From an uncultured delta proteobacterium (GTDB lineage Bacteria; Desulfobacterota; Binatia; UBA9968): a stretch of DNA of 64,000 bases. Below, in pieces: positions 30,424-39,003 of the stretch (position 1 is its first letter; the number at the start of each line of letters is the position of its first letter). Position numbers and translations under genes: made by a program. Where the stretch lies: contig CAVSLC010000005.1 of assembly GCA_963728565.1 (NCBI GenBank), positions 160,001-224,000 of the forward strand, in the 5' to 3' direction. Below the pieces are notes generated by a model. That model did not search any database. It worked only from the letters and a program-made list of their open reading frames with translations, and was not told where the DNA came from.

Positions 30424-30655
30424 GGAGTGTCCTATGCCATCATCGGCGAGATTGCCGGCAAAGCCAGAACCCGGCGCGGGTTTGGGACTGATGATCACGA
30501 TCAATGCCGGCTGTGTAACTCTCGGCACACCGATTTTCGGCTACATCGTCGATCGCACCGGATCGGATGCAATCGCCTGGCAGGTGCTGGGAGCATTTCT
30601 AACGGTGGGTAGTATTATTGGGCTGATAACGTTGCTCAAGGATCCACGGGATTGA
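30424..30655 (+). pseudogene. Diverged duplicate of the 3' end of the MFS gene (28435-28662)
   Basis: Visible nucleotide and protein match (IGEIAGKART, GLGLMITINAG, TPIFGYIVDRTGS, LLKDPR), with a frameshift and no 5' part. Confidence 0.85.
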
Positions 30656-30723
30656 TCAAGGTTCAGACGATCCAATGGCGCGAGCAGTTGAAGATTCCAG
30701 AGAGATATGACTCGAACGTGCAC

Positions 30724-30759
30724 AAAAAAAGGCGCCTCCCAATGGAGAGGCGCCTTTTT
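30724..30759. terminator. Bidirectional rho-independent terminator
   Basis: A7-GGCGCCTCCCAATGGAGAGGCGCC-T5. Confidence 0.85.
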
Positions 30760-31095
30760 GCGCTTTTGACGCTAACGTTCAAAACTTTTTTAACTGCCCG
30801 CTGTTCGCATCTTCGAGCATCCTCGGACACACACACTCGCTAATGAGCATTTTGCCGATGAGCGCTTATTTCAGTCGCGGGGCGACTATTTGCCTTCAGG
30901 CAATTTGTTGAAGCGATCGGACAATAGCTCTACCGCGAGAACTTCTTCGTCCGGTAGAATGCTTGGCCCGCAAGCAGCGGGCTTTGATGACCCGGTGGAG
31001 TTTCGTCTTGCATAGCGAAGACCTCCTTTTCCCGTGGGGGCCCTCTGATCTGCAATCCACCTGGCCCCCTGCGCCCGGCGGCGCTCAGTGGATCC
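30724..31095 (-). ncRNA. Candidate structured non-coding RNA (~370 nt), family unknown
   Basis: Own promoter (TTGACA-N17-CAGATT at 31130-31102) and terminator, many hairpins and a long-range helix, and no ORF of 60 aa or more on this strand. Confidence 0.45.
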
Positions 31096-31279
31096 ACTTA
31101 TAATCTGTTACTGGCCGGATGATTTGTCAAGCGAAAAATTTCGTGCGTCAAAATTTTTTTTGGGAATCTTGGACCGCTAAAAAGAATCGGCACTTGAATC
31201 TACTTGATGAGCCGGGGAGGTTTGACATCGAGCGCGTAGAAGCTCAGATTTAACTTCGTCGACTGCCCAAGGAGGGACC

Positions 31280-31855
31280 ATGAAGATATACGCAAGTTTA
31301 GGATTGCTGCTGACGTTAATTTTGATAGCTGAGCCCAATAACCTCCCGGCGGCCAATGAATCGATTTTTGGCTCAGAGGATCGAAGTTTAACGCCGGAGA
31401 GTATCGGCCGCAAATTGCGCGAACTACTGGACCGGTTGAAAGACAATTTCATCTTTGAAATTTCGGCGGAAGACCGGGCGCCTATTTCACTGATGCTGCG
31501 TAATCGCGAACGGCTGGGTTTAACCGCAGATCAGGTTAAACACTTGGAGCAGATTCGCAATGATTTTGCCAAAGAGTCGATTCGAAGCGAGGCAAATCTT
31601 CGCATCGCCGAATTGGATCTGACCAGTTTGCTCGAGGCGCAACCGGTCGACATGCCACGAGTCGAGGCCAAGATCCGCGACATCGAACGGATTCGCGCCG
31701 ATTTACGGATCGCGCGCATTCGTTCTATCGAAAAAGGAAAAGCGCAGTTGAGCGCTGAACAGCGCCGCAAACTACAGGAGTTAGAGGCAGATCAGAATTT
31801 CGCCGGCATTCGGTTCAAGAATGAACCGTCAACATGGTTCAAGGAGTCAAGATAG
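31280..31855 (+). CDS. Spy/CpxP-family periplasmic protein
   Basis: Signal peptide, LGLTADQ and LSAEQR (LTxxQ-like) motifs, helical. Confidence 0.78.
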   Translation: MKIYASLGLLLTLILIAEPNNLPAANESIFGSEDRSLTPESIGRKLRELLDRLKDNFIFEISAEDRAPISLMLRNRERLGLTADQVKHLEQIRNDFAKESIRSEANLRIAELDLTSLLEAQPVDMPRVEAKIRDIERIRADLRIARIRSIEKGKAQLSAEQRRKLQELEADQNFAGIRFKNEPSTWFKESR

Positions 31856-31902
31856 CTTCGGCGATGGGTCTCGCGCGCTGCGACGGCATTCGGGCAATCG
31901 AC

Positions 31903-32882
31903 TCACTTGACTCCCAGCTCTTTATTGATTTCTCGCTGCAAGGTGAAGTCGAAGACGCTCGCCGCCGGAACCGGCTGCGGCAGGCCGATGATTTGCGCGT
32001 CGAGAGCAAGATACTCTTTGATCTCATCATCGGTGGGAATGCCGGTGCCGGTGAACGCTGCTTTTGAGGCCCGGTAACTTTCGTTGGCGATTTTAAAATC
32101 GGAATTCCAGATGCTGGCGAGAAGCTCGCTGGCTTCCTTTTCTCGCTCCAAAAAATACTCTATTCGCCTGAGCGCGGGCGCGCAGAAAGCGCTTTAAAAA
32201 GTCCGGCCTCTCCTGGAGCATCTTCAGGTTCACGGCCGCGCCATTCTGGATGCTGGCAAATTTATCGGTGGACGTTTCGAGAATCTTCATGTTGAATTTG
32301 TCGCGGGCAATTTGCGCATAAGGCGGGCTGATGGCCGCCACCTGGATCGCATTGGTCGTCAAAGCCTGCAGCTGCATCGATTCTTCGCCAACCTGAATCG
32401 AAGTAAGCTCCTTGTCGGCATTAAGGCCGTGCAGCGCGATCAAGCGTTTGGCAGTCGTGTGCTGGCTGCCGCCGAAGGTGACGATGCCCAACGTCTTACC
32501 CTTGAGATCTTTGACCGTGCTGTACTCCGGGCGGGCGACGAGAAAGAACAGCGGTCGGCGCAAGGTTACCGAAATAACCCGTAAAGGCGCGCCTCGCTGA
32601 ATCGAACGGATCGCGCTGCCGATGGAACCGAGAACATCAACGTCTCCGGAAATGCCGGCGCTGATGGCGAGATTGGCCGACATTCGAATCAATTCGCCGT
32701 TTAGATTCTGCTGTTGGAAATACTTTCGATCTCGCGCGATGAAGAGATCGATGGAGGTCATCCCGCCGCTGGAATAACTAATTCGAATCCGCTCAGGCGC
32801 GCCTTGTGCTAGGACGGCAGGTTGAAACGAGGAAAACTGACAACAGCAGAACTGAAATAACCATGAAAGCTCGAATCTTCAT
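31903..32882 (-). CDS. ABC transporter substrate-binding protein (NMT1-like), frameshifts ~32830 and ~32152
   Basis: Joined frames read MKIRAFMVISVLL.../..AQGAPERIRISYSSGG...DLKGKTLG.../..REINKELGVK. Confidence 0.8.
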
Positions 32883-33004
32883 AACTGCATCCGCCCTTCG
32901 CAAAATAACATCTCCTGAGCTGTCAAAGCACCGGCTTAAACCGTTATCATCCAGGTATGCGTATTCATTAACCTGGTGTTTAGCCGGTGTCCGCAGCTTT
33001 TTAG

Positions 33005-34432
33005 TTAGCGGATTTTATCTTCGAGGAAGCCATTCCACTTCTTGCCTATCTCACTTTTCAACTCTCGGCTGGCGCCGCTCACCTTGGGAAATGTCTCGCG
33101 CCATTCATAGGGGCGGGTCGCATCGATGATGGCGCGCGAGCTGAAACCCTTCTCTTCGGCGGGAATTCGCGGGTCCAATGGTCCGCTCCAGCAGCGCCGC
33201 AAAATATCGATCGACTGAGCCGGATCCGAGCGCGAGCTGATCGCCCAGATGACTTCTTCCGAATTGGTGATATCGATGTCGTCGTCAACGACAATGACGT
33301 AGCGGCCGAGATACGCGCCGGAGCGGCACTGGCTGGCGATCATCGCAGCTTGTTTCGCGTGGCCGGGATACCGCTGGCGGATCGACAACACGGTCATGAA
33401 GCGGCCGCCCGACGGGTGCGCCCATACCGCTTGCACGTCCGGAACTCCGGCTTCGTCCAGCGCATTCCAGATGAGCGCCGAGCGCATCAGCGAAAAGTGC
33501 AGATTGTCGCCGCTGGAAGGCTTCAACAATGGGAAGCCGCAAAGAATCGGATCATTGCGGTGGTAGACCGCTTTGACACGGATCACCGGCACCGCCGGTT
33601 GATTGCTCGCGTAGTAACCGGTCCATTCGCCGAATGGGCCTTCCGGCATGAAATCGTTCGGCAGCACTTCGCCTTCGATTGCGATTTCGGCGTCCGCCGG
33701 CAGCGGCAGTCCGGTCAAAGGTCCTTCGACGATGTCGAGCGCTTTGCCGGTAATGCCTCCGGCGTAAGCGTATTCGTTGATCCGGTTCGGCACGTCGGTT
33801 GAGGCAACCAAAAAGTTGATCGGATGATGACCGAAGGAAACCGCAATCGGCAAGGGCTTGCCCGCTTGGTGGTATTTGTCGCGATGGACGCGCCCATGTT
33901 TTCCCGGCGACATGTGCAGACCCAGATGATCGCGTCCGTGGATCATAATCCGGTAGGTGCCGACATTGACCCAGTTCTCTTCAGGATCCCGTGTAACGAC
34001 AAGATCGTCCGTGCCGACGTAACGCCCGCCGTCAAGCTCATGCCAGCGCGGCACCGGAAACTTGAGAAGATCGATGTCGCCGGCTTTTTGAACATTTTCA
34101 AACAGCGGCGCATGCTTAAGTTTGCGCGGCTCAATCGGTTCGATCGATTTGACCTGGCGGCGCCATTGCTGAACGAAATCGAACTCGCTGATGCCCGGAT
34201 CCATGCCCATGGTAAGAGCGAGACGTTGAAGCGACGAGAGCAGGTTGACGGCGACGCGGTAGCCGTCGGGATATCCTTCGATCCTATTAAATACAATGGC
34301 CGGACGAATCTTGGATCGCTCGTTGATTATTTCCGTCAAAGTCGACAGCTCAAGATCCCAGTGGGCATCGTTCACGGTCATCAGTTGGTCCAGCTTGTCG
34401 ACTTCGTCAAGCCATGTTCTTAAATCTGCCAT
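33005..34432 (-). CDS. UbiD-family (prFMN-dependent) decarboxylase
   Basis: NVGTYR, EGPFGEWTGYY, VVDDDID and IIDATRP motifs. Confidence 0.93.
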   Translation of the reverse strand: MADLRTWLDEVDKLDQLMTVNDAHWDLELSTLTEIINERSKIRPAIVFNRIEGYPDGYRVAVNLLSSLQRLALTMGMDPGISEFDFVQQWRRQVKSIEPIEPRKLKHAPLFENVQKAGDIDLLKFPVPRWHELDGGRYVGTDDLVVTRDPEENWVNVGTYRIMIHGRDHLGLHMSPGKHGRVHRDKYHQAGKPLPIAVSFGHHPINFLVASTDVPNRINEYAYAGGITGKALDIVEGPLTGLPLPADAEIAIEGEVLPNDFMPEGPFGEWTGYYASNQPAVPVIRVKAVYHRNDPILCGFPLLKPSSGDNLHFSLMRSALIWNALDEAGVPDVQAVWAHPSGGRFMTVLSIRQRYPGHAKQAAMIASQCRSGAYLGRYVIVVDDDIDITNSEEVIWAISSRSDPAQSIDILRRCWSGPLDPRIPAEEKGFSSRAIIDATRPYEWRETFPKVSGASRELKSEIGKKWNGFLEDKIR

Positions 34433-34455
34433 GGGTATTCTTCTTCCACTTTAAA

Positions 34456-34531
34456 AGTTCAAATGGTTCAAGCCGCTCAACCGCTTCGCTCCGTTCAAAC
34501 TGTTTGGAACGTCTGGAGCAATTTGAACGGC
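34456..34531. repeat. Intergenic GTTCAA/TTGAAC periodic palindromic element
   Basis: GTTCAA-type units at ~9-nt period followed by inverted TTGAAC-type units. Shares CGCTTCGCTCC-GTTCAA with the 35650 copy. Confidence 0.7.
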
Positions 34532-34533
34532 TG

Positions 34534-35628
34534 TCATCTTTCTATCGCCGGGACCTGCGGCGGTGCCAATGTGTGCAAGGAATCTTCCGGTTCTTCACGG
34601 TACAAATGAAAGGCGCGGACAATCGGCGTGTCGTTAACAGAAAACAGAATCGCCTCTTCCGACTTCGAACGGTTCGCATGCTCATGCCATGCCCAGTTGG
34701 GCACCGCAAAGGAATCGTGCTTCGTCCAGTCCATCGCCTTTTCATTGACAATCGTCGTGCCATTGCCGCCGACTACGAAATAAACCGCGCTGGAAGTATG
34801 ACGATGTTTTTTTGTGCGCTCGCCAGGTCGCAGTAATTGAATCCAGCAACTGAGCGTCGCCAGGGTCGGACCGCCGGTCATCGGATTGACATATTCCAAT
34901 GCCACGCCATCGTAGAGACTTCCAGGGCTATCCGCCAATACGCGCAGCTGCGGCTCGATGTCTTTCCAGCGGTAGCGCAACGGGATGTTTCGTTGCTTGG
35001 TATTTTCCCAGGACGGCCTTACCCACCCCGTGCGATGCTGCAGATGATCGCTCGATTTTTCGCGAACGGCTTGTACTTTGTTGCCCGGGTAGGGTTCGTA
35101 AAAGGGTTGATTGAGGCCAAGCAGAAAGGGCACGTCGAGCACGTCGACCCATATGGCGCTTTCCCCGGTGGGATTCTGGTGATCATGCCAAGTCCACTGC
35201 GGCGTCAGAATCAAATCGTTTGGCTCCATGGGACACTTCTCGCCATCGACGACAGTAAAGACCTTGCCATCGCCTTTGACGACGAAGCGGATCGCCGCCA
35301 ACGTATGGCGGTGTGCCCATGCGATCTCGCCGGGCTTGATCATCTGAATACCCATGAGCAAGGTATGCGTCGTGCCGCCTGTTGGTAGAGCGGGGTTGTT
35401 GAATAACAGACTGCGCCGGGCCGTGAAGCTCTCCTCCAAGACGTCGCAGGCCTCGAGTAATTTCTCATGCACCGTTTTCCACGGCCAGATGAAGGCCTCG
35501 CCGCGCGGCTTGGGCCCGCCGATGCACGCGGTCAAAAGCCCTTCGTAAAGCCACTGACCGCTGATGTGCTGGCGCCTGAGTTCCTCGTCGAATTGCTGAA
35601 GGGTTTTGTTGGTTTCGGCTTTTGCCAT
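34534..35628 (-). CDS. Gentisate 1,2-dioxygenase-like bicupin
   Basis: AHRHT..AIRF, LTPQWTWHDH, YVNP.TG, HRHTSS and VPNWAWHEH motifs. Confidence 0.88.
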   Translation of the reverse strand: MAKAETNKTLQQFDEELRRQHISGQWLYEGLLTACIGGPKPRGEAFIWPWKTVHEKLLEACDVLEESFTARRSLLFNNPALPTGGTTHTLLMGIQMIKPGEIAWAHRHTLAAIRFVVKGDGKVFTVVDGEKCPMEPNDLILTPQWTWHDHQNPTGESAIWVDVLDVPFLLGLNQPFYEPYPGNKVQAVREKSSDHLQHRTGWVRPSWENTKQRNIPLRYRWKDIEPQLRVLADSPGSLYDGVALEYVNPMTGGPTLATLSCWIQLLRPGERTKKHRHTSSAVYFVVGGNGTTIVNEKAMDWTKHDSFAVPNWAWHEHANRSKSEEAILFSVNDTPIVRAFHLYREEPEDSLHTLAPPQVPAIER

Positions 35629-35649
35629 AGCTCACTCCCGAAAAATTAT

Positions 35650-35769
35650 CGCTTCGCTCCCGTTCAAGTCGTTCAAGCTGTTCAATACGTTCAAACTGTT
35701 TTTCGGAAAGTCTTTTGGGTTAACTCATAGCCGATTTGAACGGTTTGATCGCTTTGAACGATTTGAACC
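35650..35769. repeat. Intergenic GTTCAA/TTGAAC periodic palindromic element
   Basis: Four GTTCAAnnn units, a spacer, then four TTGAAC-type units in inverted orientation. Confidence 0.75.
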
Positions 35770-35776
35770 CGTTCCG

Positions 35777-36478
35777 TCATCGGCGCGCCGCCGACCTCTT
35801 GAGCCCTTCATAGTAGAAGCCGTCGAAGTAGACCGTCCAGGCCATCATCGATTCTTCAGCCGCGCGCAGCGCCGCCTGCTTCTGGTCATCCCGTGTCAAG
35901 TATTTTTCCAACAGTTTCAACGAGCCGTCGCCGTGAATCTGATCCACCGAATCGTGCATCCACCAAAACTCCGTGTCCGCTTTGGACAGGTTTAGCTGGC
36001 GGGTCCAGTAATCGGCCTGATGATGGGAAAAGTTGCCGCAGTTCGGATTGTTAGTTCGCTCGAGCACGGACTTGGCCGCAAGGCCCTCGTACCAGGAACG
36101 ATTTTTGGTCATCGCTTCCCACGCATTCATCGCCACTACCGTGGTCGGCAAGGGCTTGGCGAATTCAATATCGTGCCGCGTCAGCCCCACGGCCATTCCC
36201 ATGCGCACGAGAATTTCGAAATGCGAGTGGCCCTCCTGGGCCTCCTCCTCATAAAGGTTTTCTGTGACGATGAATTTACGCACCTCGATAATCGGACAGT
36301 TGCCAACGACATGCGCCCAGCACTGCCGGCTATGCCGCGTGAAATTTGACCATTGCTCGATCAATACTTGAGCCGCCTCACGGGTTAGATGATCTTTGGA
36401 AAATGACACCCACTTCAAGCGATCATTATAGTCGCCGACGATCTTGTCGACAGCCGCGGCAAATTCGGATTGGCTCAT
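35777..36478 (-). CDS. Heme-oxygenase-like diiron enzyme (TenA/PqqC/CADD superfamily)
   Basis: ENLYEEE...SH and WWMHDSVDQIH diiron ligand pattern. Confidence 0.8.
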   Translation of the reverse strand: MSQSEFAAAVDKIVGDYNDRLKWVSFSKDHLTREAAQVLIEQWSNFTRHSRQCWAHVVGNCPIIEVRKFIVTENLYEEEAQEGHSHFEILVRMGMAVGLTRHDIEFAKPLPTTVVAMNAWEAMTKNRSWYEGLAAKSVLERTNNPNCGNFSHHQADYWTRQLNLSKADTEFWWMHDSVDQIHGDGSLKLLEKYLTRDDQKQAALRAAEESMMAWTVYFDGFYYEGLKRSAARR

Positions 36479-36501
36479 GAACATCCCCCGGAACAAAAAA
36501 G

Positions 36502-36570
36502 CTGGAGTTGGAGGATTGGAGTATCGCGACTCCCAAACCCTTTACTCCACCACTCCATTACTCCATCACC
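36502..36570. repeat. GGAGT/ACTCC 8-nt periodic palindromic intergenic element
   Basis: TGGAGT-type units followed by inverted ACTCCA units. Confidence 0.6.
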
Positions 36571-36574
36571 GTGG

Positions 36575-37642
36575 TTACAATCCTCTGAGACTGACACCCA
36601 AGCCCTCGCCTTTAGGCACCTCTATGGCGCCTTTTTGGACCGCGAGGCCAAAGAATGGGTCTCCGGAAACAACCTCAAATTCTCCGAGCTCGCACAGCGG
36701 CGAGATCCCCGGCGTGCTCGCGGCTAGATGCACCGCCGCCGCATCGCCCACCATGCTACCGGCGGTATTGGAGAGCGCGCAGCTTATGCCGGCCTGTTCG
36801 CACAACTCGGCAATTTTCCTTACTTCCTGGATGCCGCCGATCTTTTGGATACCGGTGTTGATCGAATCCACCATGCGCTCTTTGATCAAGTAGGCGGCAT
36901 CGGCTAGTGTGCGCACCGACTGATCCGCCTCGATTTTTACCGGCGCATGCTTTTTAACTTCCCACAGCGCGCCGAGTTGATCGCGCGGCACGGGTTGCTC
37001 AAAGATTTCCACGCCATGATCGGCCAAGCCCTTGGCAAGACGGATCGCAGTCTTGGCGTCGTATGCTTCGTTGGCATCGACCTTGATGAATACATCATCG
37101 CCGACGGCCTGGCGCACTTTGGCGACCCGGGAGAGGTCCAGGCTTATCTTGCCGCTCATCTTGAGCTTTAGCGCGAGTCCTTCATCGGCCAGTTGTTTGG
37201 CTTCACTGGCCATCATCTCGGGCTGGCCGACGCTGATCATTTTGATCACTCTGATTTCATTTCGATAACGCCCGCCGAACAGCAGATTCAAGGGAATTTG
37301 GACGCTGCGCGCCAGCGCATCGTACAAAGCGCATTCTAATGCGGCTTTGGCTCTGGGGTTGCCGGTCAGCGTGTGATCCACGTCCGCCCGTATGCGAGCC
37401 AAATCTTCTAATTCACGCCCATTGATTTTCGGCTTGAGGACCGCGTCGATGACGTGGCGCGCGGTCTCCGGTGTCTCACCGGTGCGCGGGAAAAGATCCG
37501 AATAGCCATAGCCCTGGGCGCCTCCATCGGTAACGACTTTGACGAGCAGCCCGCGAGCGACGGTGAAATGGTTGGTCGCCGTAATCAACGGCTTGCTGTA
37601 CGGCATCTCGAGCACGGTGGTTTCAATGGTTTCGATCTTCAT
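36575..37642 (-). CDS. Enolase-superfamily enzyme (muconate lactonizing/epimerase-like)
   Basis: KLK, DANE, EQP and EADQS metal-ligand pattern. Confidence 0.88.
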   Translation of the reverse strand: MKIETIETTVLEMPYSKPLITATNHFTVARGLLVKVVTDGGAQGYGYSDLFPRTGETPETARHVIDAVLKPKINGRELEDLARIRADVDHTLTGNPRAKAALECALYDALARSVQIPLNLLFGGRYRNEIRVIKMISVGQPEMMASEAKQLADEGLALKLKMSGKISLDLSRVAKVRQAVGDDVFIKVDANEAYDAKTAIRLAKGLADHGVEIFEQPVPRDQLGALWEVKKHAPVKIEADQSVRTLADAAYLIKERMVDSINTGIQKIGGIQEVRKIAELCEQAGISCALSNTAGSMVGDAAAVHLAASTPGISPLCELGEFEVVSGDPFFGLAVQKGAIEVPKGEGLGVSLRGL

Positions 37643-37831
37643 CGACTAGTTGCCCCCGATTTCGCGCAGCTTAGAACAAAAGTCTCGTCTGACCGATATC
37701 ACAACCGCGTCAAGATCCGCCACTGATCGGACATATTCGCGGCTGAGAAGCTTATGTCGCGCGTAGGAACTCGCGTTAGCAATGGTGCCAATTGCGGCGA
37801 CGACGCTTGGCACGCAGCTCGTCGTGCCGAT

Positions 37832-38440
37832 CTAATGAGAGAAGGTAAATCGATCGCGGCAGTCAAGTTTTACCAGCCCGCAGAAAAAATCTCGCACCTC
37901 AGGAATGTTCATGAAGTGGTTGTATTCATAGTCCGGACCGTAACTCGACCAGATTTCCTCTCCGGGTTCGATATCTCTCACGGCAATATAGATAAAATAC
38001 GGATATTCGCAGATTTGTTTGATCGTAGCGTTTTGCAGATGCGTTGCTATTCCGTTGATCTCGCTTGGGGCGAAATTGATGCGGCTGACATGACCGCCAT
38101 GCTCTTTAGAGTCGATGTACTTGTAAGGGTGGGTTTTCTCCCAGGCGCATTCAGGGATCGATGCGATATAGTGATTGCCATGGGACTCATCGTCATCAGA
38201 AACCAGGCGGCCACCCAATTCACCGATAATTTCGTCCTTGTTGATTTTCACCGCCGCATATAACCCGTTGCCGGCACCGGGAATAGTCGATTTCTTTATT
38301 ACCGTCTTTTTTTCGTACTGTTGATTTATCTTGAGAAGTGCCGCCTCTTGGGCGAATCTTTGGGTGTAAATCAGCGCCGATATGCCTGAGATGAACACTA
38401 CAGTGAGCGGCACTATCAAGAGGTATTTTCGCCTTTTCAT
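37832..38440 (-). CDS. SET domain protein with N-terminal membrane anchor
   Basis: STIPGAGNGLYA, SRIN and AVRDIEPGEEIWSSYG motifs. Confidence 0.82.
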   Translation of the reverse strand: MKRRKYLLIVPLTVVFISGISALIYTQRFAQEAALLKINQQYEKKTVIKKSTIPGAGNGLYAAVKINKDEIIGELGGRLVSDDDESHGNHYIASIPECAWEKTHPYKYIDSKEHGGHVSRINFAPSEINGIATHLQNATIKQICEYPYFIYIAVRDIEPGEEIWSSYGPDYEYNHFMNIPEVRDFFCGLVKLDCRDRFTFSH

Positions 38441-38502
38441 AAGGTCCCAGCCTAAACTTTGGAATTTGTCCCCGGCCCATGAGCGGCATCAAGCCAGGCG
38501 CA

Positions 38503-38727
38503 TCAGAATACATAACCTCTTTTCTCCGCCTTTCCCACCCGACCGAGGCCCGTTGCAGCTTGAGCAGCTCCTGGGGCGTTTTCTATGCGAATTTTCGCGT
38601 CAAGATTGTTGAGAGGCTCGTCAACAAGCAGCACTCGCGGCTGGATCACCACTGTGCGCGCCGGAGCGACTCTGCTCTTAGATAAGACTGGCCCAATCGC
38701 ACCTGGCACATCGGGATAGCTACGCAC
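38503..38727 (-). pseudogene. ABC transporter ATPase remnant
   Basis: Only RVA.AR..VIQPRVLLVDEPLNNLDAKIR (Walker B/D-loop) survives. Confidence 0.65.
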
Positions 38728-39003
38728 GAATCATGAAAAGACTTCGTCTATTGGATCGAATCTTGCCGAGAGACATTGTAGAAAATCCCCTCAGCTCCTT
38801 TGCTGGTCCAAGTGGGCCAACTTACAACTTCACGGACAATTCACGGACAGCCGATCAATACTGTTTGCTACTGCAGTTATTTACCGCGACCACTTGAGCA
38901 GCAACCAAGCGTTCTCGTGGAAAAACCTCAACGATCACGTCGCCTCGCTATGTCCAGCTTGGGAATTTCTGTTACTCATCGTGAAGGTTTGCCTGATAGA
39001 ATG

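Noticed and set aside
30985-31035. Hammerhead ribozyme (stem-GAAAC...GUC on the minus strand)
   Set aside because: The required CUGANGA core before stem II is absent.
31036-31069. tmRNA 5' end (GGGGGC)
   Set aside because: No matching T-arm/CCA 3' end and no tag reading frame ending in ALAA-like residues.
34456-35769. GTTCAA repeats as a CRISPR array
   Set aside because: The units are ~9 nt with no unique 30-40 nt spacers, they are arranged as inverted halves, and no cas genes are present.
38778-38850. tRNA-like 3' remnant (AATCCCCTCAGCTCC) and short CACGGACA direct repeat as an island att site
   Set aside because: It lacks GTTCG and CCA, and there is no partner repeat or intact integrase in the window, so support is too weak.
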